A stretch of 64,000 bases of DNA from Leucoraja erinacea (GCF_028641065.1 NW_026576860.1:1-64000), one strand, 5' to 3'. Shown: positions 50,173-61,944, counted from the first letter of the stretch. Notes: generated by a model from the sequence alone, not told the origin. Made by a program: numbers and translations.

Positions 50173-50561
50173 TTCAATAACCGTCAGGCACATTGTACAG
50201 GTCAGTCGAATCCGCAGCGCCCTGAAGCGTCGCGTGGACGGTAATATCTGTCATCCCGAGATCAGAAACCGGAGGACTTCAATTATTCTGTTATTTGCCA
50301 TCTCGGGGAGTTTCACTGCGCTTTGGACTACGGTTATGATACTCGACGTGTTTTGAAGTCACGCACAGTTTTGTGGTCAACGCCTCGAGGTCCCGTTATC
50401 TTGCGATTAGAATATCGCTTCTGCTAATGTATTTGAGTTCCTGTAAAAACACTTGTATTCAAACACTTGGCCAGAGGAGGTTCCGGGAGGAAGCGAAGAA
50501 AGTGATAGCATATACATTTATTATTATTGTCCGGTTTTTACAAAACAAATTAGATCGTTGA
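50171..50561 (+). pseudogene. GPR139/142-like GPCR fragment (end of TM5 to C-terminus)
   Basis: NSITVRHIVQVSRIRSALK...EIRNRRTSIILLFAISGSF, then a stop/frameshift, then LMYLSSCKNTCI...QRRFREEAKKVIAY. Confidence 0.88.
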
Positions 50562-50654
50562 ATCGAAGCTCGTTGCCAGGTTTCGTGCTTTACCAGCCGT
50601 GTAACTGCCCTTCCCATTCCCGTAGGTACACAGCATCTATGGCGTGAATGAAAT

Positions 50655-50788
50655 AGTCTGAAGAAGGGGTTCGGCCCGAAACGTTGCCTATTACCTTCGC
50701 TCCATAGATGTTGCTGCACCCACTGAGTTTCTCCAGCATTTTTGTGTACCTTCGATTTTCCAGCATCTGCAGTTCCTTCTGAAACACT
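50655..50788 (+). mobile_element. Penelope-like terminal repeat (second subfamily) with hammerhead motif
   Basis: CTGAAGA-A-GGGGTTCGGCCC-GAAA-CGTT. Confidence 0.65.
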
Positions 50789-50919
50789 TCCCATTCCCGT
50801 ACCGATTCATCTGTCCTTGCCTCCTTCGTTGTCAGATGTAGACCACACGCAAACTGGAGGAACGGAACCTCATATTCCGCTGGGTTCGCTTAGCAACGGT
50901 GTGCAGATTGATGTGTAGC

Positions 50920-51495
50920 AATGGAAGGTGGGGTGAATACACATAGACCGGGGCCGTCTAAGGCGGACAGCAGAGTGGTTGATGACTCTGAGAACAATGA
51001 ATGGACCAATAAACCGGGGCGCCAACTTACTGGACTCAACGCGGAGGACGAGGTCTCGGGTGGACAGGCAGACCCTCTGCCCAGGGCGGTAGCGAGGGAC
51101 AGGGGTCCGGTGATGATCCGCCCGCCGTCTATACCTGGAAACGGTGCGGAGCAGAACAGAACGGGCCTCCCTCCAGGTCTGACGACCGCGGCGCACAAAC
51201 CGCTGGGCAGAGGGAACGGAGACCTTCTCCTCTTGATCTGGGGACAGAGGTGGCTGGTAACCTCGGGAGCAGTGGGATGGAGACAGACCGGTGGCAGAAC
51301 TGGGCCGGGAATTGTGGACATATTCAATCCACACCAACTTGCTGGACAAGGGGGTAGGATTGACAGACGCCAGGCAACGTATGGTGGTCTCTGGGTCCTG
51401 GTTGTCTCTCTCCGGCTGGCCATTAGATTGTGGATGGAACCCAGACAAGAGGCTGACGGAGGAGCCAACCAGAGAGTGGAAAGCCTTCCAGATAC
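50920..51495 (-). mobile_element. Gypsy (chromovirus/Sushi-like) integrase C-terminal fragment
   Basis: SGFHPQSNGQPER.NQ...EYVHNS..SSATGLSP...KLAPRFIGPF...IHPTFH. Confidence 0.9.
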
Positions 51496-51500
51496 AAGAC

Positions 51501-51688
51501 CGAAGATAGACACAAAATGCTGGAGGAACTGGTCGGTACAAACAGCGTCTCTGGAGAGGAGGAATTGCGGACGCTTCGGGTCGAGACAATCTGACGAAGG
51601 ACCTCGACTCGAAACATCACCCATTCCTTCTCTCCAAAGATGCTGCCTGTCCCGCTGAGATACCCCAGCATTTTGTGTCTGTCTTCAG
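51501..51688. mobile_element. Fold-back pair of Penelope-like termini
   Basis: GAAGATAGACACAAAATGCTGG...CCAGCATTTTGTGTCTGTCTTC inverted arms. Confidence 0.7.
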
Positions 51689-51886
51689 ACGTTAGTTTAG
51701 TTATACAGCGCGAAAAGAGGCCCTTCGGCCCACCGAGTCCGCATTGACCAGTGACGCATTACACTGTCATTAATGAACATTAACAAGGGCTGTAGATTTG
51801 CTGCCTCACATCGCCACAGACCCACGTTCTCCCCGTGACCTGCGTGGGTTTTCTCCGGGTGCTCCGGTTTTTTCCAACACCACAAT

Positions 51887-52919
51887 GTAACAATGTTACA
51901 AAATTTTGAGATTTAAAAAATCAAGTCTGCAATTTATCCCATCAGATAAAGCATAAAAAGAAGTTTAATTTGACACCTAATTTACGTTCATATCTCAAGT
52001 AATAAAAACGTTATGGCCATTTTCATACTCGGAAATTAGTTGTTCCCTATTGATTTTCTATGGACATAACAAAAAAGCTGCGATCATGGACAGTCAAAAG
52101 CCCATAACCTTCTTAAAATTAAGAGAACTGAATGAAAATTTCAGTTATCATAGATTGAACCATTCTGAAACAAATATAAAATAATCTTACTTGGATGACC
52201 TGAAATTAAAGCATATAATTAGTTAGTTCTCCAATTGTAGCTAATTTCGAACTTCAATTACTGGATCTAAACATCTATCCATTTCTTAATAAATGATTAA
52301 CATTTTTAAATAGCCTAAGTGTCCAAATAATATTCACAAATAATTCACAATAAAACATGATTTTTAAATCTAATTTACATCAATTTATAGGCCACATTGG
52401 AAGGAATTTAGTGTTCAATTGCTGTAAATTAAAGTCCATTTTAAATCGGCTTTCTAGTGGGATCCTGTGAACGCGCTGGTTTAGAACGTTCACATTGCAG
52501 TGGATTTTGTGCCCTCAAATGCCCAGAAAAATACTGCGGGATATAAAGAGCCTAAAATGAACTATTCGCTATAGAAAACTTTATAAACAGAGTTCTTAAG
52601 AAGCCCATTTTTATGTAAAAATAAGGTACATACCTTTAATTGTTTGCTTTATAAAACCCTGGGGCTGCAAGAGGTCGCGGGTTTAGAGAGTGATTTATAA
52701 ACTACTATAACTATTATACAAGGCCATAAAAACTAATAATACCTTTTGCGACGGGGTCTTTCAGCGTTTTTTCGTTAATGATTTACTAGGCTGGACATTT
52801 TCGATTGCAACAGCCTAGTAAAAATCGCGTTTTAAACCCGCCCCCTCTAAACAGCGCCAAAATCGCGGCCTGGGGCACATTCTCCACGACGATTCAGGTA
52901 GGCTTTGTAACATAACTAC
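51887..52919. mobile_element. 1033-bp non-autonomous TIR DNA transposon with 5-bp TSD (ACAAT), inserted in a SINE
   Basis: ACAAT|GTAACAATGTTACAAAA ... CTTTGTAACATAACTAC|ACAAT; the SINE halves (51820-51886, 52925-53050) rejoin. Confidence 0.85.
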
Positions 52920-53074
52920 ACAATGACGTGCAGGCTTGTAGGTTAATTGGCCTGGTAACATAGTAAATGACCCCCAGTGTGTGTAGGATAGTGTTAGTGT
53001 GAGGGGGTCGTTGGTCGGCCAAAGAGCCTGTGTCCCTAAATTAAACTAAAAACGAAACACACACCAGAGACATT

Positions 53075-53250
53075 TGCCAATTAACCGGCAAACCTGTACG
53101 TCTTTGGAGTGTGGGTTCCAGAAATCCCGGAAAAAAAACCCACGCGGTCACAACGAGAATGTAGAAACTGCGTACAGACAGCACCGGTGGACGGGATCGA
53201 ACCCGGGTCTCGGGCGATGCAAGGCAGCAAATCTACCGCTGCGCCACCAC
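53075..53250 (-). mobile_element. HE1-type SINE fragment
   Basis: AAACCTGTACGTCTTTGGAGTGTGGG...GGGATCGAACCCGGGTCTC. Confidence 0.75.
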
Positions 53251-53874
53251 GACACCCTTAGTGTCTAGCCGCGGCCCCCATGATGCAATGTCATCAAATT
53301 GCCGTTAAACCAGTCCGCTGTTGCCGAATTGTCAAAAGAGGTGACCGGTACTTAGTTTAGATTAATTCCGTGTCATGTTCTCACCTGTACCGAGGTCCAG
53401 TGAACAGATCTTTAGTGCCGAGCGATCCAGTGAGCGGAAAGTGTCCATGGTTACAATCACGCCGCCCACAGTGTACGGATACTGGAGAAATGGGATCATG
53501 TGAAATGCAAGATAAAGTGGATTCAACATAGTCCGGGGGTTTCCGATGAGGAAGATGAGATGAGGGCGGCTAATTGGTGATACGATGGTTCAGTTGCCTG
53601 ATAACAGCCGGGGAGAAACTGTGCCTGAATCAGGAGGGGTGCTTTTTCAATTTTCTGTGCCTCTTGTCGGATGGGAGAGGAGAGAAGAGGGATTGACCGC
53701 GTTGCTCGAGGACAAGTTGCTGCTGATGTTCTCTGCTCAGTACTTGAAGTTTTCAAACTCCGGCGCCGTCAATGTACAGCCGGATGTGTGGACCGCATCG
53801 TTTCCTGAAGTCCACCACTGTCTCCCACACAAGGTACAATCTCCCGGTCCGTTCTCCAGCGCTCCGGGTTCAGT

Positions 53875-54175
53875 TTACTTTAGAGTAGAGTTACCGCGCG
53901 GAAACAGGCCATTTAGCCCATCAAGTCGGCGCCTGCCAGCGATCCCCACACACTAACAGTACCCTACACACACTAGGGACAATTTACAATTTCACCAAGC
54001 CACTTAACCTGCAAACATGTACGTTTTTGGAGTGTGGGCGGAAACCGGTGATCCTGGAGAAAACCCACGCGGTCACGGGGATAATCTACAAGCTCCGTAC
54101 AGACAACAGCCGTAGTCAGCATCGAGCCTGGGTCTCACGCGCTGGGAGGCGGGAACTCGACCGCTGCTGCACCGT
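53875..54175 (-). mobile_element. HE1-type SINE
   Basis: GGAAACAGGCC...CCCTACACACACTAGGGACAATTTACAATT...GAGAAAACCCACGCGGTCACGGGG. Confidence 0.8.
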
Positions 54176-54546
54176 CCGCGCTCTCCCCGTCACGGATGGC
54201 CCGCCACCTCCCCCCCCCCCCCCCGCCCACGGTGCGTCCCAGTGCCCCCCTGTAGATGGCTAGTGCATGTGCCTTTAACATAGTGACCTCACCACCTCTA
54301 ACCACTCCCCCTATTAGGTGTATAATTGCATGCGCCCACCCTTGGCTCTCTCTCTCTGGCTCCGGTGACAGACCACGTACAGCTAGAGCAGTAATGTTTT
54401 GAACAGTTAATAAAACTATAGTTAAGTCAATGTGTTGTTGAGACTTCTTTACATGGTGTCACAGCTGTGACTCCGCGCCTCCTGTTTACCGGGTTTCTTT
54501 TTATTTTTCTGCCCCAGTACCCTTACCCTCTTCCTTCACTCGTGCC

Positions 54547-55350
54547 ATGGCTTACTCTTGCCGCAAGCCCGACGCGCTTGTCTTTGACGAGGACATTGCC
54601 CATCGCTGGGATGTCTTCCGACGTGATTTTCAGCATTATGTGACTATCGCCCACCCTGCTGCCACTGCTGAGACGCGTGCCTCTCTACTTCTCAACTTGG
54701 CTGGTCCCGACGCCCTGGAACGGTCCGAGTCATTTGTATATGCTGCTGGTGAAGATGCCCGTGACCCGGTATGTCTCATTGCTAAGTTCACTGCCTTGTG
54801 TGACGTTCCCACCAACTGTATTCTGGAGCGTTTCAAAATGTTTAGCCGACGGCAAAATCCTGACGAGTCGGACAATAACTATATCGCCGCTCTGAGACAC
54901 CTGGCCCGGCGTTGTCGCCTGGATGCCCTGACCCCCGAACAGGTTACCCGTGATATCCTTGTATACGGCCTCCGTGATGCTAAACTGAGAGCAGAACTTC
55001 TCAGGAAGCCTGAACTGTCTTTGGAGGAGGCTCTGCACGCCTCCCGTATGGCTGAGGCTGTCGCCTCTACCTTGCCGCCCGATGACCATGCCGTCAACTT
55101 TGCCTCTGCCGCCGGCCGGCGGCGGGACGTTGCCCCGCGGCGGCAACAGGGTCCACCCCCACCCAAGTCCGGCGTCGCTCGCCGCTGCCCCAACTGCAAC
55201 TTTGCCACCCATCAGTTCAATGTGTGCCCTGCCCTGGGGAAAACCTGCAATTTCTGCAGAAAGCTGAACCATTTTTCTGCAGCCTGCCGAGCCCGTGGGA
55301 ATCCAGCCCCCCCCCTTTCGGAGAGTGCCGGTCAACCTTGCTCAGGCTGA
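54547..55350 (+). CDS. gag: Gypsy gag-like ORF
   Basis: ERFKMFSRRQNPDES..NYIAALR; two CCHC knuckles, CPNC...H....C and CNFCRKLNHFSAAC. Confidence 0.9.
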   Translation: MAYSCRKPDALVFDEDIAHRWDVFRRDFQHYVTIAHPAATAETRASLLLNLAGPDALERSESFVYAAGEDARDPVCLIAKFTALCDVPTNCILERFKMFSRRQNPDESDNNYIAALRHLARRCRLDALTPEQVTRDILVYGLRDAKLRAELLRKPELSLEEALHASRMAEAVASTLPPDDHAVNFASAAGRRRDVAPRRQQGPPPPKSGVARRCPNCNFATHQFNVCPALGKTCNFCRKLNHFSAACRARGNPAPPLSESAGQPCSG

Positions 55351-58300
55351 TAGCGTGCCTGGCTCCGAGCACCTGCCTGATGATCTCACCCTTTCTGATA
55401 CCAGTTCCTCCCAAGGGGAGGCCAGCGTATTTTCTCTTTTGGACTCTCATGCGTTGGTAGCAAACCCCTCAGTCCGTGTGACCGTCAATGGTACGACCTT
55501 CTCAGCGAAGATTGATACTGGTGCTTTTACGAATGTTATGTCAACAAGCCTGTTTCGTCAGATAAGGTCTGGAGAGAAAGTGTCTGCTGCCCACTCCCGC
55601 CTGCATGCCTATGGGGGAGCCGTACTCATTCCCGTGGGAAAGACAACCCTGCACTGCAAAGTCCTGGAGGCCTCTCGGCCCCTCACTTTCTACCTGCTAG
55701 ACTCCGACAACGTAACCCTGCTGGGCGCCCGAGCGTGCCAGGACCTCGGTTTGGTCTCCTTTCACCGTGATATCCACCAGGTGCGGACCCTCATGGACCC
55801 CCTGCGCGAATACCCTGACCGTTTCGATGACAGGCTGGGCAGGCTGTCCAGCTACTACAAGATTGCTGTCGACTCCAGCATAGAGCCTGTGATCTGCCCA
55901 CCACACCGCGTCTCCTTCGCCATGAAGGACAAGGTGAAGTCTGCGTTACTGAACATGGTCTCCATGGGCATCCTGAAAGAGGTGAGCGAGCCCACCCGGT
56001 GGGTGTCCACCATGGTGGTGGCGCCGAAGAAGGACAAATCTGAGATTCGCATTTGTATTAACCCCAAGGACCTGAACCTGGCCATCAAGCGCCCGCACTA
56101 CCCGATGCGCACAGTAGAGGACGTCGCCGCACAGGTCGGCCCGGCCACTGTTTTTTCGGTCCTCGATGCCAAGAGCTCTTTCTGGCAGATACCGTTAGAT
56201 GAACGATCCTCCTACCTGACGACTTTCAGCACGCCTTTCGGACGGTTTCGATTTTTGCGTATGCCATTCGGCATCAACTCTGCCAGTGAGGTGTTCCAAC
56301 GGACCATGGAGCAGCTGTTCGCCGGTCTGCCGTGTGCTATAATAGTCGACGACATCCTGGTCTACGGCAAGGACGTGGCTGAACACGACCAAAACCTCCG
56401 CAAAGTCCTGGATCGGGCCCGGGACATTAACCTGAAACTCAACCCGAAGAAATGCCGATTCCGCGTTAAAGAAGTCACTTACGTGGGCCACGTCTTTACT
56501 GCCTCGGGGCTGAAGCCCGACCCGGAGAAAACTGCTGCTGTCTCTGGGATGTCCCCTCCCACCGATGTGCCCACTCTGCAGCGTTTCCTGGGCATGGTGA
56601 ATTATCTGGGGAAGTTTATCCCTGACCTCAGCGAGCTGAGTGCGCCCCTGAGGGAGCTCATCAAAAAGGACACTGCCTGGGCTTGGTTCCCGCAACACCA
56701 ACGTGCCTTCGACGTCCTGAAGTCCCGGCTGATCAGTACCCCCACCCTCAAGTTCTTCGACCTACAGCACCCCATCATTCTCACCTGTGACGCTTCCAAG
56801 TTTGGTTTGGGTGCCGCTTGCCTGCAGCTCCACGATGGCCGGCAGCTGCCTGTGTCCTATGCGTCCCGCACCATGACCCCTGCCGAGCAGCGCTACGCTC
56901 AGATTGAAAAATAACTTCTTGCTGTGGTGTTTGCTTGCTCGAGGTTCAAAGACTACATTCTGGGCAACACCTTCACGATTGAAACCGAACACCAGCCGCT
57001 GGTGACCATTCTGAACAAACCGATCCACGCTGCTTCTTCCAGGCTGCAGCGCATGATGCTGCAGCTGCAACGGTTTACCTTTACTATCGTATATCGAAAA
57101 GGCAAAGACATGTTCGTTGCCGACACACTGTCCCGCGCCCCCCTGCCGTCCTCTGCCCGCTACCCCTACGAGTCGTCGGACCTGATGGTGCTTAATGTCA
57201 ACTTTGTGCCTTCGCAGCAGATGCAGTCCCTCATTTCCCACACCGCCAAGGATCCGGCCCTGCAGCTACTATCCGACATCATCATCCAGGGTTGGCCTGA
57301 GCGCCGTTTGTCCTTGCCGGCCAGTGTTGTCCCGTATTTCCTGGTCCGCGATGAACTCGTCCTGCACGAGGGCGTGGTGGTTAAGGGGCACAAGGTCGTG
57401 GTGCCCGAATCTCTGCGATCCGCCTATTTTAAATCTGCCCACAATGGTCACCCTGGGGCCGAGGCCACCCTGTCCAGTGCCCAGGGCCAGTTCTACTGGC
57501 CCAGCATGGCCCACGACATGGGTCTCTGCTTGCCCTTCGTGCAACAGCCTGGCTCCACATCAACAACGTCAGCCGCTGCTGCAACAACTGCCCCTGATCT
57601 CCCCTGGACGGCGGTCGCTACTGACGTTTTCGAGTGGCGTGGCAAGCACTTCCTGGTCCTCGTTGACTCTCATTCTAACTGGTTTGAAGTCGACCAACTG
57701 CACTCTCTCTCCTCCTCAGATGTCATCGAGAGGCTGCGCCGCCACTTTGCCACTCCCCTGCTCGCCTTCAATCTGACAACGGCAGCCAGTTCACCAGTGC
57801 CGAGTTCCAGCGTTTCGCTTCTCAATGGAACTTCAAACATTTTACCAGCAGCCCTGAGTACCCGCAGAGCAACGGCTTGGCGGAACGTGCTGTCCGCAGT
57901 GCTAAGGGCTTGCTGGGGCACTGCCGGCTGTCCAAGTCGGTCTGGCCCTCCTAAATCTCCGCAACATTTCCCGCGACCCTGCCCTGTGCTCGCCGGCTCA
58001 GCGCCTGATGGCTCGCAAGACCCGCCCCCCCCTCCCTGTTGCCCAATAGTCCCTTACTCCCACCGTTCTCCGGCCCCGCTACTGTCCAGGAGCGTATTGC
58101 CGCAAAATATGACGTGCAGAAGCGCTCCCACGACCACTCCTGCCGCCCCTGCCCCGTCTGTTTCCCGGCCAAATCGTCCGGATGCAGACAGCCTCTGGTC
58201 ACTCCAAACTCGCAACGGTGGTCGGCGATGCTGGTTCCCCCCGGTCTTACTTGGTTGACCACGACGGCGTCATCTATCGCCGCTCCCGCTAGCATCTGCT
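55295..58300 (+). pseudogene. pol: Gypsy pol (PR-RT-RNaseH-IN), disrupted
   Basis: IDTGA protease; LDAKSSFWQ / MPFG / IVDD RT; CDAS RNase H; in-frame TAA at 56912-56914; integrase GHPG...YWPSM with frameshifts. Confidence 0.93.
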
Positions 58301-60039
58301 GCTCGTTAACGAGCCCCCACCCCTGCCTGCTGCTCCCTTCTCCCCTCCCTTGTCCGATGCGCCTCCTGCTGTTCCACGGATGCCCCGATCCCTGCCTTCT
58401 CAAGTGTTCCAGCCGCCTTCTCGGCCTCCAAGCCCGCGGTCTCCCCCCACCCCGCCGGCGGCTGTGTCCGTGCCCGCTCCGCTGTCTTCGCCTGCCGCTA
58501 CTCCCCCTGGTTCCCCGGTCCGCTCGCCTGCCCAGGCTCCGGCCCCTCTTGTTCCTGCAGGGGGAGGAGGTGGCGAACATCGCACCCGGTCTGGCAGGCT
58601 GGTTAAGCCGCCTGTCCGGTATGGGGATTTCGTTTAGTTCTGTAATTGTTGTTTGCCTGCTTGTAGCGCATGAGACGTGGTCGTTCAGTCACTACTATAT
58701 TGCTTTGTTCCAAGAGGAAGGATGTAGATGGATAGTGCATGTGCCTTTAACATAGTGACCTCACCACCTTTAACCACTCCCCATATTAGGTGTATAATTG
58801 CATGCTCCCACCCTTGTGTCTCTCTCTCTGGCTCCGGTGACAGACCACGTACAGCTAGAGCAGTAATGTTGTGAACAGTTAATAAAACTATAATTAAGTC
58901 AATGTGTTGTTGAGACTTTCTTTACACCCCCCCCCCCCCCCCCCCCCAGCACAAGCATCCACGGACAAACAGCTGGAGAACACACTGGATTGTATTGAAC
59001 ATTATGTGGCGACAGTGAAACAGAACACGCCCCCCCCCCAGCAAAGAATCACATTCCCTGATCAACCCCCCCCCCCCCCCCCCCCCCCCCACAGTCCACG
59101 GGTGGATGTGACGTCACAACGCCAGGACCCCCCTCCACTTCGTCTCCCGAGCGGCTCCGGGCTTCGGTCAACCAGCGCTGCAACGCTCCAGCTGTGATTC
59201 CCACCAGATGTTGATCTGGACTGTCCCCCCCTGAACCCCGTCATTGCAGGAACATTATGGGAAGCAGCAGCAGCCCCCCCCCCCCCCCCCCCCACCCAGT
59301 GCAGCCAGTCAATGAGCAGCGACCCACAGAGCGAAGCGCAACATCCAAATCACCAAATCAGCTGTAGATGCGCTCATTGCTCACCCATCCCCCCCACCAT
59401 TACACCCCCCCCCCCCCCAACAGCAGAAACCCCGCAAACATGTCCCGCTCTCCAGCGACGCTCCTGTACCGGCGGCACACGGCGGCACACGGCGGCCCTG
59501 GGGCAGACAGACAGACAGAGAGTTGGTTACAGAGCGACGCAAGCCCACCGGTGTAGCAGTAGTACTGACCCCCGCCCCCTGCCGGCAATACACTTCCCCA
59601 GCACCACACGACAGTACAGCACAACAACAGGCCCTTCGGCCCACACTAGCTGTGCCGACCATGCTGCCGACACCAACTATCTGTCCGCGCGTCACCCCCC
59701 CCCCCCTTGCCCTCCTCCCCCGCTCCCCGCATGTCCAAGTGCCCAGCCACAAGTCTCTTTAATGTCACTGTCGTGTCTGTGTCGTCGTCCCACATCCCCT
59801 CAATTATCAGCAATAAAGCCACCCCCCACCCCCAACCCGGGAATAACTGCGCCCCCCCCCCCCTCCTGAAATAACCGCTCCTACCCTTAGTGGATATATT
59901 ACCCCCCCCCCCCCCCCCATCCCCACCGGTGTTAATACCCCCAGCTACCGGGAATTAAACTCACAGCACCCCCCCCCCCCTCCATCAGAATACGTCTTGG
60001 GGGGGAGGGGGGTCCCGGTTCCTACCTCAGGTTCCTACC

Positions 60040-60077
60040 TCAAGAGGAGTTTGATGAGTTTTCCAAGCGCTCCGAGG
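60040..60077 (-). CDS. MHC class I last coding cytoplasmic exon (TSERLENSSNSS*)
   Basis: CCCTCCGCAG| acceptor, phase 1, TGA, then a G|GTAGG donor; resembles the Ser-rich tail of shark class I. Confidence 0.85.
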
Positions 60078-60299
60078 CTGCGGAGGGAAGGAGCGACGTT
60101 ACACGTCAACTGGCAACGCCGTGGGTGCAGTGAGGCCGGACGGACGGACACGCGCACACGGCCACATGCGCACACACGCGAGCTCGGGGACGCGCACAGA
60201 GGTACGGGTATTCGCAGGGACACGTACAAGGGGGTAGGTAGCGGGGCCAAGCACAAACGTTCACAGCGTAGAAACGTGCAGATACGCAAGGGTAACCCG

Positions 60300-60402
60300 G
60301 TCGCGCGCAGGAACACACGGACGCGCGCAGGAACACACGGACGCGCGCAGACACATACGGACGCGCGCAGATACATACGGACGCGCGCAGACACACACGG
60401 AC
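60300..60402. repeat. 20-bp tandem repeat (ACGCGCGCAG-GAACACACGG), ~5 copies, in the class I intron
   Basis: Directly visible. Confidence 0.85.
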
Positions 60403-60468
60403 ACAGCGACAATGTGTAAGACCTGCATTGTCGAACAAGGACGGAGCTGCGATTTGACGGCAACTTAC

Positions 60469-60498
60469 TCTGGGTGGGATTGTAGCCGCTCTTCCCCG
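60469..60498 (-). CDS. MHC class I cytoplasmic exon (AGKSGYNPTQ)
   Basis: 30-bp phase 1-1 exon, TTTTACAG| ... |GTAAGT; carries the conserved class I tail tyrosine. Confidence 0.88.
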
Positions 60499-61199
60499 CT
60501 GTAAAACACAGACACAGTTGGTGACGCGGCCCAGCATCAGCTTGGTCTAAACACACACATTCACCAGCTGTCCCGTCAGCTCTCAACTCAATCACACAGC
60601 GGACACGGGCTGGGCTGTGACCGGGAAGAGTGGGACAGGCCGCAGCTCAGGGCTGGGCCCGGCCGCGGGGGAGCGGAGGGGAGCGGGAGATTGGGGGGGG
60701 GGGGGGGGGGGGGGGGGATGAGTGAGGGGCAGATTGAGTTTTACTCTGTGTTTGCACCGGGTGAGGCCACGGGGTGGAGGTGCCCGGAAGATGATGCAGC
60801 CACAAGCGGCGGGCGGAAGGTGCGGTTTGAGGGAGGAGGCTTGGAGAATAATCCTCCCCTCCCCCGGGGGCTGCAATGTGTTCGCTCTGCACGAGGGGTG
60901 GGGGAGCAGAGACCCTCAGCCCGATGGATGTCCGGCCCGGAGCTGCCAGGCAGAAAACCGGCGGCCCAGAGCCGGCAAATGGGAGCAATATCCGCGGGCC
61001 CCTGACGCGCAGACACGGACACGGTGGGCCGAAGGGCCTGATACTGTGATGGCCCCAACCCCCCCCCCCCCCCCCACCCACAGTGACTCTTGTATTGGGG
61101 AGAGAGAAAGGAACAACGTTGCAGAAGGAGCGGGCGGAGGGAGGTTGAGGCGGGGGATGAGGAGTGGACGCCCCTCCACTGTCTCCCACCCATTCCCAC

Positions 61200-61307
61200 C
61201 TTGTTTCTTCTTCCAGTAGAGGACACCCCCCACAACCGCAGCTACCACCAGCACCAGGACAACGAGCACCAGGACAATGGTCATCACGGTGCGGCCCAAC
61301 TTGCGGA
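61200..61307 (-). CDS. MHC class I transmembrane exon
   Basis: 108-bp phase 1-1 exon RKLGRTVMTIVLVLVVLVLVVAAVVGGVLYWKKKQ; the acceptor is less certain than the donor. Confidence 0.85.
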
Positions 61308-61671
61308 CTGTCCCAGATTCACAAACAGAGGCAGATGAGAGACAGAGACCGGGACCCTGCTCCCCCTCCCCCCACATCTCCCCTTCCCCCAGTCTCACCT
61401 ACTCCCCCCCTCACCTTCCCACCGCCTCCTCTCCCTCCCGTGCTGCTTTCATCCTCACCCACCTGCCCTGAGCGCTTCCCCCTCTCATCNNNNNNNNNNN
61501 NNNNNNNNNNNNNNNNNNNNNNNNNNNNNNNNNNNNNNNNNNNNNNNNNNNNNNNNNNNNNNNNNNNNNNNNNNNNNNNNNNNNNNNNNNNNNNNNNNNN
61601 NNNNNNNNNNNNNNNNNNNNNNNNNNNNNNNNNNNNNNNNNNNNNNNNNNNNNNNNNNNNNNNNNNNNNNN

Positions 61672-61932
61672 GGAAGACCTCGAGGGGCTCGGATAGCCCC
61701 GGGTGCTCCACACGACAGGAGAGCGGGGCCGTGTCCCCGGGCTCCACGTGGGCCGAGCGGCGCTGCTGGAAGGTGCCGTCGTGGTTGGGGAGCGTCCCGT
61801 GGGATCGGCTCTCATCCAGGACCAGGCCGTCCCGCACCAGGTTCACCTCGATGGACCGCGGGTAGAAGCCCGTGGTGAAACAACACACGCGGCTCCCATC
61901 CCGCGACAGGAAGATGCTCACCTCGGGCTGAA
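61672..61932 (-). CDS. MHC class I alpha3 (Ig C1-set) exon; last bases lie in an N gap
   Basis: CCCCACAG|, then QPEVSIF...CCFTTGFYPRSIEVNL...PNHDGTFQ...SCRVEHPGLSEPLEVF. Confidence 0.92.
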
Positions 61933-61944
61933 CTGTGGGGAGAA

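Larger units (their letters stand above)
54251..58926 (+). mobile_element. Full-length Ty3/Gypsy LTR retrotransposon
   Basis: LTRs at 54251-54453 and 58723-58926 (TGT...ACA; ~8 substitutions + 1 indel by eye); PBS TGGTGTCA; PPT CAAGAGGAAGGA; C-runs on both sides. Confidence 0.97.
15764..61671. other. Seven N runs: 15764-15979, 25454-25793, 26761-27004, 27457-27847, 38417-38557, 38604-38760, 61490-61671
   Basis: N runs, six of them in (TG)n-rich Helitron tracts. Confidence 0.99.

Noticed and set aside
55300-55325. Programmed gag-pol frameshift at CCCCCCCCCTTTC
   Set aside because: pol is in the +1 frame, not -1. An extra C in a homopolymer of a decaying single-ORF element, or a sequencing error, is simpler.
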